From positions 186,001-250,000 of the forward strand of contig JAQGDQ010000186.1 of the NCBI GenBank assembly GCA_030141605.1: DNA of 64,000 nucleotides, in the 5' to 3' direction. The notes beneath the pieces were generated by a model. It was not told the origin of the DNA. It saw only the letters and a list, made by a program, of their open reading frames with translations, and did no database searches. A program made the position numbers and the translations under genes. Numbering within the stretch: position 1 is the stretch's first letter; each line of letters starts with the position of its first letter. The DNA is from Tubiluchus corallicola (Eukaryota; Animalia; Priapulida). Of this stretch, positions 52,488-64,000 are shown piece after piece.

Positions 52488-54792
52488 GACTTACTTTTGA
52501 ATGCCTCGATCCTAATTCACTTAATCAGACGCACCTTTCAGGTAAAAATTAAATCAAAATAAGATACCGTCTTATTGACTCTATAATTTAAATTGCACAC
52601 ATTTTTAGGATACCAAGTTTCAGCTGCCTTTGGCGTCTGTTATGACCCCAACACCTCCCCTCATTCTCTCGGTGTGTAATAGTTATACTAGAATAGTATG
52701 TGCGAGTCATGAGCAAAAATGTTACATTTTTAAATGTAAGACCTTGATCTAAATCTCAGATAGTTTATAACGTGTAATGACATGTAACATTCCAAAATCA
52801 TCCTGCATCTCAACTTACTGCTACATAGAGTGATCTTCTGAGCTCCCTTTGACCTCCAACACGACATGGCGTGAAGATGAGCTTTTTTGCATTTTCGTCA
52901 AGATGAACTTGTCAACTTTAACCTAAATTTATAAACTCACGAACTCCGTTTTAGTTTCGTTGATAAATTTTTTGACTAATATTATCCGCCTGCACATTAA
53001 GCGGCATAAGAATTAGCCTAACGTTGAGAAGAAAGTAGCGCTGAAGACTTTCACATAACCAAGACTTGAACCCAGAAACGTGCGCTTTCAAAACGAGTTT
53101 GTAATGACTTATATGTGTTACAGTGTGCGTTAGCTAAATTCACAATTCATATAGTTTTTAAACAGCTTGTACTGTACTAATTAGAGTACATTATAATCTC
53201 TACTGCAAATCTAGCGAAAGGTGTTAGAGTTTTAAATCACCAATCCGCATTCTTGTGCATTCACAGCTATATTCAAGTGTTCTCTATTGTTTGATTCATA
53301 ATTGCCTTTTCGTAAACACATTGTGCATGTTTGACATAAATTTTAAATACATGTACGTAATATTTTTTGTGATTATTAACTAACTAAACTGTTGGTGTTC
53401 TCACTTCCACTCTATAAACAGGTTTTACTAATCTAACAAAGTAATTGGAACACCCCAACCAAAGAGCTACATTATGAGACTTGGTGCAACAATTTGTCAG
53501 CACGAAATTCAAAAATCTCAAAACGTGTTTGTGACATAGTTATAGCCTGGGTCTGCTGATCTTACCCAGTAAAGCTTTTTCTTCGCGTCCACAACCATGC
53601 TGAATTCGTTTAAGCTTAATTTTAATTATTCAAATAGTTTCACGTTGAAGTTGAACGAGATCATGAAGTCAGAAATTCCAGCAGAGCAAAAATTTGAGAT
53701 CGTTGTAGCATTTCGCAGCAAATTGTCAAAGTCTGTCAGACAGAACGAATATTCCTGGGCCGAGTGACGTTGACCTATTTCTTCCTAGTGCCTATGACCT
53801 AGTCCCTTCTATCTGCTTCCCTACCAAATTTCATTGAACCAGCTTTACAATTGCTGGAGAAGTGGAACTACGAAGAAACAACAAGAATAATAATTAATAA
53901 GCATAAAAAATAACAAACCCGACTGAACTCAACATGTCACTCACTCGTAGAAGTAAATGATGAAAACATCCAAAAAGGTCTTACCCAGTTTTTTTCGTAA
54001 GCTTGAGAGTTTATAGATTTACGTTTTGATCCCAATCGTCCTATTGACAGTTGGTCTCCTAAATCCAGAAATTTCAAGACTCTGGCATCGAACGTCTTGA
54101 TAAAATCAAAAATACCGTCAGAAGAGACGACTTTGTCTTCTGAAAAATCCATTCCAAGAAATAGTGCACTCTAGTTTTCGCTTGAGATTTACAACAGACA
54201 AAAAGGTTCAAGTACACACAAAACACAATATTTGACTTCGCACGTGTTACGAGATCACATTTTGTGCGAATTCTCAGCAAACATTACCATAAAAAACACT
54301 AGTTCACGAGAACGAAAAATTACTTCTAAACTACATAAATATTTCTCTGTGCGTGTTCTAAATGACTCTACCGTTAGTCAATCGGTAGGAGCCAATTTTC
54401 AGATTCTGTTCACGACTTGTGTTGAATATGAATTCGCCATTGACTTAGCCAGCAATGAGCATAGCTGTTGTTGGTCCAGTGAAGCGATAAATTGTATAGT
54501 TACAACCAAACAATACCAGGTGTAATGGAGGTAACGTTTATACATTATAGTGAGTAACAACAATCTGGAGATTTAGAAAAAACTGTTTGCTAGTGAAACA
54601 TAGAAAACAATGGATGCGTGTTATGTGTACAATGAAGCAATTTAAAATCAGGAATTGATACTGGTAAAAAATTCGCGGTCAGGGGCGCTTAAGCACATGA
54701 ATAATACTAAGATTTGACCGATAAGCTAAACGCGCAGTAATTTTAACGATTTTACCGTATTTCATAGGAAGTAGAAAGCAATTAGTAAAAAC

Positions 54793-55043
54793 ATAATTAC
54801 ATGGTAAAGGCAAATTAATTTTCAAAGGTAATTTGTTTGCATATCAATTTAATTACAAATAAAACAGTGTTCTTCTTTTAAAAAATAAGTTTTGATATGT
54901 AAAACCACAAACTTTTTTACATTAAACGTTTTTTCTCTAAAGCAATTATGAAACGCACTAACTTCAACACGGCTAAGTAATATTGTATTCGAGAAAAAGC
55001 AGCTAACTACTAGACTGAGTATATTTTGTCTAATTTATTATTA
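54793..55043 (+). repeat. Left copy of 251-bp direct repeat (putative target-site duplication)
   Basis: ATAATTACATGGTAAAGG...GTCTAATTTATTATTA matches 56756-57006 at constant offset 1963, with the single mismatch A54911/G56874. Confidence 0.95.
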
Positions 55044-56459
55044 GGCTCAAAACATGGCATGGGAGTTTTGCTGGAGACAGCCAATGGCTTCTTCACGAAA
55101 CGAGGCATGGCTTTAAACGCCAACAAATGCAAAGCCATGAGACTAGTCAAGGCATACCGGCGAAAGGCTATGAAAGTGCTAATAGAACCCACATGGGAGA
55201 TCAGCCAGACTCCTATTCCAATGCTGGGAGTCAGTGACGCATACAAATACCTGGGAATTCCTATGACTGCTAAGGGACGACCCACCATGGACACCAAGTC
55301 TCTTAAAGCATGGCTTATAAGAGTGGAAGGGGCACCACTCAAACCTCAACAAAAGGTGGATATGATCAGACAATATGTGATTCCGCGTCTGACATACCAC
55401 TTCCGTATATGTGAGGTTCATATGAATGGCCTCAAGGGAGCAGACAGGCTTATAAGATCAAGCCTAAAACGTATACTTCATATGGCGACGGATGTCCCGA
55501 ATGCATTCTTCTACATGCCAATGAAGAAGGGAGGGCTGGGATTTTCTTGTCTTGAAAAGGATGTTCCTTTGATGAAAGTCAAGATGCTCAGCCGATTGCA
55601 GGCCTCACCAGATCCGCTGGTGAACATGAGTGCATCTGCTCCAGTGTGGAATAGGGAGCTTGCGTGGGCTAAGAGGGTGGCGAGCCTCGAAGCCTACAGT
55701 AACGCAAAAGACATAAATCGTGCAAAAAGGGATAACGATCGCAAACATCTATCGGCATTCAACGGTAAAGTGCATGGGAAGGGTTTTGCAGCCGTGTCTG
55801 CTGACCCACTGAGTACCCATTACCTACGTAGCAGCACACTCCTGAGCGGGGGTGATTATATCTTGGTTCTCAAGATGATCACCAACTCTCTACCAGTTAG
55901 AGTTAACACCACGAGAGGACAACCCAATGCAATCAGGAGATGTCGCAGGTGCGGGAGACATGCAGAGAGTCAGGTTCACGTACTTCAACAGTGCATAACA
56001 GTAAACAATGCCATATCACGAAGGCACAATGCACTGTGCGAGGTGCTCGCCGAAGCCTTGAAGGGGCAGGGCTTTACGGTCGTCAGGGAACCTTGGTTCG
56101 AGATCAACAGAACAAGGTACCACCCAGACATCCTGGCGACCAAAGGTGGTCATACGTACGTTATCGATCCGACCATCTCGGCAGCAGGAAACATCTACTC
56201 GCTTAGGGCCAGGTGCAGGGACAAGGCCCTGAAGTACGAACCGATCCTCGATGCCGTCAAACAGCGGTGCGGCTCTGCCACTGCCTCGTCGCACGGCATC
56301 TGTGTGGGCTTTCGTGGGGAATGGGCAGGAGGAGAGAACGACGTTCTCCTGAAGACACTCGGTCTTCTGAACGTCAGAGCCAAACTAGTCCGCTCGGTGA
56401 TTAGAGGCTCATGTATGGTGTTTAGAAAGTTCCTGGGAAGGCAAAGGAGGGAGACCTAG
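55044..56459 (+). pseudogene. Truncated R2-like ORF (RT C-terminus/thumb, zinc knuckle, restriction-like endonuclease); no YADD catalytic motif
   Basis: ORF track 55026..56459. Its first 6 codons are host (duplicated) DNA. Element sequence starts GSKHGMGVLL, the segment that normally follows YADD. No internal stops or frameshifts. Confidence 0.9.
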
Positions 56460-56755
56460 GTCATCTCCTGCGCAGGATGTCACTCGAGTTCTTACATCCA
56501 AATGTGTGAAAGGTTTATACCTAGGGGAAATCCGACTACTCTATGAGTAGCCGGTGGATACCGTACCTTTACGGTATCGAAAAGGCGAGTTTTGTTGGGT
56601 CTGGAGAAATCCAGTTCCCACGGAATTGACGGATTCCGTATCTTTACGGAAGAATTTGGAATTTGGCAAGTTTGACTCGAGTCAAAAATCACACAGGTGA
56701 ACAGATCCGACGCCTGTGAAATCTGACAAAATAAAATAAAATAAAATAAAATAAA
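55044..56755 (+). mobile_element. 5'-truncated R2-clade (RLE-type) non-LTR retrotransposon, 1712 bp, inserted outside rDNA
   Basis: Sharp rise in GC content. Uninterrupted frame with RT C-terminal motifs (GMALNANKC, YKYLG), R2-type thumb (APLKPQQK..IR.YVIPRL), GGLG, CCHC knuckle (CRRC..ESQVHVLQQC), RHN and endonuclease PD..D..K..KY. A ~270-nt 3' UTR and (TAAAA)n tail (56728-56755) follow. Flanked by a direct duplication. Confidence 0.93.
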
Positions 56756-57006
56756 ATAATTACATGGTAAAGGCAAATTAATTTTCAAAGGTAATTTGTT
56801 TGCATATCAATTTAATTACAAATAAAACAGTGTTCTTCTTTTAAAAAATAAGTTTTGATATGTAAAACCACAAGCTTTTTTACATTAAACGTTTTTTCTC
56901 TAAAGCAATTATGAAACGCACTAACTTCAACACGGCTAAGTAATATTGTATTCGAGAAAAAGCAGCTAACTACTAGACTGAGTATATTTTGTCTAATTTA
57001 TTATTA
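56756..57006 (+). repeat. Right copy of 251-bp direct repeat (putative target-site duplication)
   Basis: Begins directly after the (TAAAA)n tail; 250/251 identical to 54793-55043. Confidence 0.95.
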
Positions 57007-59901
57007 TTCTCGTATCCTCAGTTTATAAATATCGTTTGTAATAACTGAGGCTGCACAGCATAACATGGTAAAATATGACATAGAGGATATAAGTGAACGT
57101 AGATACCATTTTACAAAAATCGCTTGACCTTGTTATTTCTGTTCTTTGGGAGAGAAAATACCTTAATATTGTAATTAGTAAGACTTTTTTGGGTCTAAAA
57201 TTATTTGTTTGAAAGCTTCTAGTACAATTTACTTGTGGTGTGTTACATTATCAGGTTTGGAAGTGACTTATTCAATATGATTTCTATCAAACTTATATGG
57301 TGCATTAAATATCACAAGGCATACGAGCATTACCAGTATGGTCAACAAATCTACTATAATATTTTTGTCTGATAATTGTTTCATCCGTTGCAGTATGTTA
57401 GCAAATTATAAGAAAAAGTCAATAATCGAAGGCTGAATAGAAAAAAAAACGACCAAACAACAGTCTGTCTGCTTTCAGGTGTCCTAACCGTACAGGTAAC
57501 AAATAGCTCACTCAGTAAACGTTCTGATGATTTTCCAGTTTAAGTTTAGGCAACATAAGAAATTTTTCACATAGATCATCTATACTATAGATTCTATAGT
57601 AACAGCAACACCACTCTCCATCACCGCTGCTGCAGTCCTCGCCACTGTAGCTATATGCAGTGCATATATATTAAATAAGTATCTTTTGCAGATCTTTGAG
57701 TCTCTATGATCAGGCTCATAATTATGTTTTACAGCGAATTAGATATAATGACATTACCTAGTAAGTTATAACAGTCTCCATCAATTTAAATTAGCCTTCC
57801 AGTTGAAATGCATCATGAAGTTTATTGGTCAAGTTTGGTTATAGATGCATCTGTATCACTTTATAGATTTTAAGTTGAAGTTTGATTATATCTGACTACT
57901 TTATTAGAACAAGTGACCACACTACTTATGATAAAATTGGTAATGCCTGCGGGCTGAATTGTTACGAAATATCTTTAACATAAACTAATTAGTGCGCAGC
58001 AAAAATAGGAAATGTCATACAAAATAATTCATCGAATGAGGCCAGTTAGTAAATATCACAGTAACTGACTACGTTTTCTGGATTACCTTTAGTCCATAAA
58101 AACTTTTTAAAATATTTATTTACATTTTGAAATCTTTCACAATTGTTTTGGAACGTAGCACTTTATACTTCCATATCCCTTTCGTTCATATAATTATTAC
58201 GGGTATATGACATTTTGCTGATTAGTACTTGGCTGTTGAAAATACATCATGCTGTGAAAACTCAAAGCGTGGTATGCATGATAGTACGGATTAACATAAT
58301 TTTTTTAAATATTACTCAAATGCAATGTCCTTGATAACAAATAGCCTCGTGAATTCGTAGTAAGAAACTGCGCTTTCCCACAACCAACAGTTAGATAGAG
58401 GACACAGGAAAATATTCAAGAATTACTACCCGTGTGAAAGGGAATCAGTAATTTATCTTAAAATTTTAAGCAGTTCCTTCGAATTGCAATTGCTGTGATC
58501 TCGCAATTACCAGTCTTGCTACGGCAGCATCACTATTATTTCATTCTTTGTACCTGGTTTTTCTGAGTGTACAAATTTGCTAAAACGTAGAGGCGCTTTA
58601 AGGATTATCGCCGCACAATGCCTTTGAGAAAACAACATTATTAGACGTACTTAAAAGTTGTCGCAAAGGCAGGACCTGGCGCAATGTTTTTCAATGTTTA
58701 ACCGTTCAAAGCAACAAACTGCCTTATCAAAACAATTTATTTTACTCGCTCATTTGACTTAAAGATTACCAAGCAACAAAAACTCTAAAGATTTGGCGTA
58801 AAAATGTTTCAGTGTGACATTTATGGATTACAGATCTAGCGTGTCAAAAATCGTCTTTGCTCAACGTCTGCTGTTGAAGTACATTTGTAAAAAAGCAAGT
58901 TGCTTACCCTTCAGTATTTTTCAGTCTGCTTCCTGTTTACGAAAACCAGTATTTAGACAAATTTCATCAATGACGGATCCTAAATTTTATTTACTATCAC
59001 TATCAACTGAGCGTCAATTTATGAAATTACTTCTTGGTCAACAATGGTGACTCTGACGACATACGTTTATTGTTTGCCTGTTGTGTACACGAATGTAATT
59101 GTTGTAACGTGCACAGAATATAACGACGCTATGCATCCGTAGCATCACTAATATTTACAAATACATCATTGTCGTAAGCCTAATTCAATAAGACAATGAT
59201 GTAGTTTTAGGTACTTGTATTCAGCAGGTGGTGTGCCAGAGCTATGCAGAACTTGTTTAAACCACATTCTTATCTTTCTATCACTATTATTCATACACTC
59301 TTCAGACATTCAGACAACTAGACAGACATTCATGCATTTATTGTCGGTTGGAACATCTGTTCGTATCTCTGACCAACTGACCTGCGGAACAAAAGATCAA
59401 AATAAAATTCATTCACAAAGAGCTTTTGACCAACGGTTTTGCTATTAATAACAATAGCACAGGCAGATTGACAGACAGACAAACTGTCATTAATGTAGTC
59501 GCTAGGCTTATTGATTAAACTGTTCAAAAATATATTATGACGCTTAATTTTGAGTTTATTTCATTATTAGTTGACAACATTGTAACTTATATTATAAACA
59601 ATAACAGCAAGTGCTGCTGTAACATTAACTGTGTGAAAATGCTGAATTCATTAAATAGCCGACCTTCGTTATGTATTTTTGTTAACGACTAATAAATAAC
59701 TTCTCATTCCATTGAAAAATACTGGAGATAAATCTCTGGTCACCCAAAACAACAATAGGTTTGTCAAATTAATTGTCTTTTTCGTCAAATGTTAAATGTA
59801 CTGAATTTATAGTTCATCATACCCAATCGTGTGTCTCACAATGTGCGAGTTTAGCAGTCTCTTTCAACGCACCTGATCACTTAAACGCTTGGGTATCTAC
59901 T

Positions 59902-60278
59902 CATTTCGCCATTTGACAGTTCACCAGCAGTACGTTTCGCCCGTGGTACAATTTGCCAATGGCACATTTCGCCAGAGGTAATTCTCACCAGTGGTATGTT
60001 TTGTCAGTGGTGCACTTTGCTAGTGTCCCAGTTCACCAGTAGTACATTTCGGCAATGGTATATTTTGGCAGTACAGATTTCGCCAGTAAAATCTCTCTGC
60101 CATATTCCCTTTTATTTGCCTTTCTATTTAACAAATGTTTCGTTTCGCTAGTGGTACACTGACAATCACTAATGAACTGTATCACTGCAAATGTACCATT
60201 GGCGAAATATACGACTGATGAAATGTGCCACGTGGCGAAATGTACTACTGAAGGATTGTGCACTAGCGATGTAACGTG
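59902..60278. repeat. Degenerate 16-bp tandem array (consensus ~CATTTCGCCAGTGGTA) followed by inverted copies; foldback-like element relic
   Basis: About 12 forward units at 59902-60087, one at ~60141, and about 6-7 reverse-complement units (e.g. TACCATTGGCGAAAT, GTGGCGAAATG) at 60167-60278. Confidence 0.7.
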
Positions 60279-62204
60279 CATTTGTGTGGTTCACAGTACT
60301 TCACAAACTCTCTACGTATCATACCAATCAAATCATTTGGAAAATTCTCGTTTGTTTTACATACTGTGTTATAATACTCGATAGATAACGCAGTTAGGCG
60401 GAACGTCCAATAAAACTCCATTTTTACCTTGCATTTGGCGAAATAATGTTTAAATTGAGTTTCTCATGAAGAAATAAACATTGAGACAACCCAAATATGT
60501 AAGAAACAATTACAGAAATGAGCCTCTCGTTAAAAATGAAATTTTATAGATATCACTGAAGTTTACGCTAATACTTATTCTTTAAAAAAATCTTATTACG
60601 CTATTAAATATAATTAGTGTTACAACTACACAACTTCCAGAATGTGGATGTTCTTAAATATTCGTTTGTGTTTAAATACCTGATCCTATCAATCATTTTG
60701 TTACAGCTCTTGATGATAACTTCACCTAATGCAGTTAGTAGTTTGTTTTCATAATGCTGTCACTACATGCACCTTTTGTTTATTAACAACCAATTCTTAA
60801 AGTTCAAAAATCAAGTCTGTCTCAAATTACAAAGTACACTGTATTTCAAAAAGCTAAAAATGTGAAATGCCAAACCTCCCAGTTTACCCCAGCAAACTAA
60901 GCAAGCTAACAACTTCAAATAGTAGAGAATTTCTCAAGAACTACTGCTATACCACTGATTAGTAATTTAGAAGGTAGCATTGACACGTTAGATACGTCTA
61001 ATTAGGTTGGGTAACGAACCGTTAAGAAGCAATTAATGACGTAACAGCAAACCTTCTTGGGATTTCTGGGAAGCTCCATCAGTGCCACTTCCAGTCACAG
61101 CAATGACAACATGAGCTTCATTTAATTTGGGTTACCAATGCAATAAATTTAAGTGATGTCACGTGATGACATCATAACATCACTGTTGTTCAGATTTTTT
61201 ATCTCTTCTGGTGCATGAAATACAGTTATGCAGTTTGAAAAATATGTAAGTATGTTAATACACAAACCTTGATTATTCATAGACGCACACATGATCGTCT
61301 AAAGAAGATTTTTTTCTAAAGCGGTTCATTTCCGCCTTCATTTCCGTAAATGCACGTTTTGCTTTCACTAAAAAAACCACTTGTTACAGAAACCTGAGCC
61401 TTATTCCAGGAAAGATACCAAGCAGTCTTTGAAAAATGACTTAGGCGTACCGGTGGTACCTTCGACGATAAGTCACTAAATTCCATCGCCTTGCACCTTC
61501 TTGTAGAAACTGCGAAGAAGGTTTTGATTTATTATGACAATCTGACAGTTGAACAATCAAAGGATTTGCAAATGTGGAGCAATTCGGTCAGAAATATGTA
61601 ACCCGATGAGCGCTTGCAAACAGTCGTTAGAAATTTTAATTATATAATTATTATAGATGCTCGAATATTTTGCTTTGTGAAGAGAGGACGAAAAACTAAT
61701 ATAATCTTATGAACCGCGACCTAAACTTGCACACGAGTAATCTCATTTTTGAACTTTTGTAGACATCAAAAAACTTGTTTTTGTTTATATACTAGTATGG
61801 CGTTTCTGATCGGTTAAAAATGCTAAAGTGTTTATGACAGGACAGCGCTTCTGGTGGCTTTAAAAATGTTTGAACCATTCACAGATCTGTATACGCATTT
61901 GTATATATGTATATATGCACACAGGCAAAGTGTGAAATAGCGTATTCTATAGAACACCAGGTAATGTGTCTAAAACAGTTTCTTTTACACTTTTCTTAGG
62001 CAATATATAATGCAAGGGTTTGTCTAGGTAAAGCGTGTAATTGGATTTGGAATTTACTTTTCTACGGTATTTTATAGAATGCTGAATAAATTTTAGTTAG
62101 TCTAAAAAAAATATTCAGTTGTAAAATTCAGTTTATATAATGTTCTTAGGCATTTTATATAATGCCAATTTTATTTTAGGGAATGTGTGAATTTGAATTT
62201 TACA

Positions 62205-62361
62205 GGTTGGTGGTTGATCGGTTGGTTAGATAGGTGGGTAGGTAGGCACTAAGTAGGTAGGTAGGGAGGGAGGCAGGCAGACAGACAGACACATAGATAA
62301 AGCGAGAGACAGAGAAAGACAGACAGAGAGAGCGAGAGAGAGAGAGTGAGAAAGAGAGAGA
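62205..62361. repeat. Compound tetra/dinucleotide simple repeat (GGTT/GGTA/GGCA/GACA/GA)
   Basis: Direct reading; the repeat unit drifts gradually along the tract. Confidence 0.8.
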
Positions 62362-64000
62362 TACAAGTTCTTATGGTCTGCCACGCTGGCTATAATTTGT
62401 AAATTGCTTTCATACAAAAGGTCTAATTTTAATCTATTCCAAAGAATTCATTTTCTGCACAGCAAATTTTTCGTATTAACCCCCTCTTCTTCAATAACAA
62501 CATCACTCACAGCCATTTTAACTGTGCACAACGTACAACATGGTATTTATAAACTAGCTTTGCGTAAAGTTACGAACAAATTTAAGATTTTTACGAAAAC
62601 TAGTAAGGTTAGCGAATCTGTGCGTAGCGCTGAGGACATTTCTACACACAAACAAGTTTATGAAGTAATTATTTGTAAGAACTAAATGAATCTGGCCCAC
62701 CCTTCATAAATATGGAAAGTGATCCATCTGATTGGGTAGCATGTCAGAAATGCTGATGCTGCGCCCATCTCCAACAAACCAATTAACTCACCGGGTTACT
62801 TGGACTCCTAGTTTAGTACCATGGCTAAATCATTAATTCCATACAATGCCTAGGTAAAGAATAAAATATCTGGAAAAAGTTCGATTCAACATAAATTAGG
62901 TCTATTTTACACATTGCCAAAGTCACTTTACGCATTTTACTGTTTTACATTTAATGTTACATTTTACGCATTTTACATTTAATGTTAGCTGTTATACAAA
63001 ACGTCAAGATAAGTGTGAAACATCCGTAGCAAAAAAGATTTGCTTCATATTTTTCCCGAAATGCATGGGTATTATACGAAATACCTAGGAATATCTACAT
63101 TTTACACATTATCTGTAATATATAAATTATAATAAATATGACAGTATAAACATTAAAGCAAATTGCCCAAGTAGTAACAAAAGTAACCTCAGTTGCCCAA
63201 CGTGCTGTAAAGAAAAACAGTCTAAAAAGCGTGTGTTAGAATGTAAGGAGCTAAAGTAGCCCAAGTGGACGCCATGCAACGACATTATCAAGACCGACTG
63301 GTTCAAACCTTACAACAGGTACATCAAACTATTGAAAGGCTATACATCTATAGAGAGGAAATTCAGTAAGCTCGAATTTCAACCAGCGTCAAATAGCATC
63401 AATATCAATTGTACAAAAAGTGATTCAGAGTATTATGCTTTGCACATTATGTGAGTGCCTGCCATTGGGTAGAAATTTGGTAGAGGGATACTGCACTCGA
63501 GCGTTAGTCGGTGATTTCCCATGTTGCTGGAATGGACCAATGGACTTAACATTTTGGTTGACAGTCCAATTATTTAAACTTTCCATGAACCAATTTACCC
63601 GTTAAAGATACCAAGGGGAGGTAGTTTGTTCACGTGGATGGATTTCACACAAAAAAACCCTTATGGAATATCTCTGATTTTGCAATATACTTCATAGTGG
63701 CTAGTGGCGGCAGAAAGTAGATTGTGTAATGTCATTAGACGATTGCTACATGATATGACGATGACGTTTTGGTTTGGAGTTGATCGGGCGTGCTGCCGAC
63801 AAGCCACTGGCACAGCATTGTCTAGTTGTTTTGCTAGATAACTGCTGTCATTACCTGTCTTGAGGCAGATTTATTTTAGAATTCTATTAGACATAATGAG
63901 TCTCTGATCATAAGATGATAATGTGTTCGATGCTGTAATCATACTTTCATGATCAGAGGTTAAGCGAGCAAATTCATTTTTCCAAAAAGTAATTGCCAGT

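Noticed and set aside
55026-55043. TTG start of the 477-aa ORF
   Set aside because: It lies in duplicated host DNA upstream of the element junction; not a real start.
56460-56727. Self-cleaving ribozyme in the element 3' UTR
   Set aside because: No hammerhead CUGANGA core or convincing HDV fold; R2 ribozymes lie at the 5' end, which is missing here.
55010-56788. Antisense and alternate-frame ORFs over the retrotransposon
   Set aside because: By-products of GC-rich coding sequence; no recognisable motifs.
54793-57006. 251-bp direct repeats read as LTRs of an LTR retrotransposon
   Set aside because: No TG...CA ends, primer-binding site or polypurine tract. The repeats have host-like AT composition, and the enclosed element is an RLE non-LTR type with a simple-repeat tail.
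59902-60278. CRISPR-like array
   Set aside because: Units are adjacent and degenerate with no spacers; eukaryotic context and no cas genes.

Overview
AT-rich metazoan (invertebrate-like) genomic DNA with spliceosomal introns; no operons, rRNA genes or CRISPR arrays. (1) The minus strand carries an 11-coding-exon gene (38767 down to 1408) that I assembled by hand from GT-AG sites with consistent phases. It encodes a ~605-aa protein with a formin GBD/FH3 domain and coiled coil but no FH1/FH2, resembling Multiple wing hairs. (2) At 55044-56755 lies a young, 5'-truncated R2-clade non-LTR retrotransposon (RT C-terminus, CCHC knuckle, PD-(D/E)xK endonuclease, structured 3' UTR, (TAAAA)n tail). It sits outside rDNA and is flanked by a 251-bp direct duplication of host DNA (54793-55043 / 56756-57006, one mismatch). 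This apparent giant target-site duplication is the standout observation. (3) The rest is intronic or intergenic DNA with a decayed LINE, a hAT-type MITE, 5S-like and tRNA-like SINE relics, a foldback-like 16-bp array, an 80-bp palindrome and long microsatellites. All family assignments are from motif recognition by eye, not database searches.
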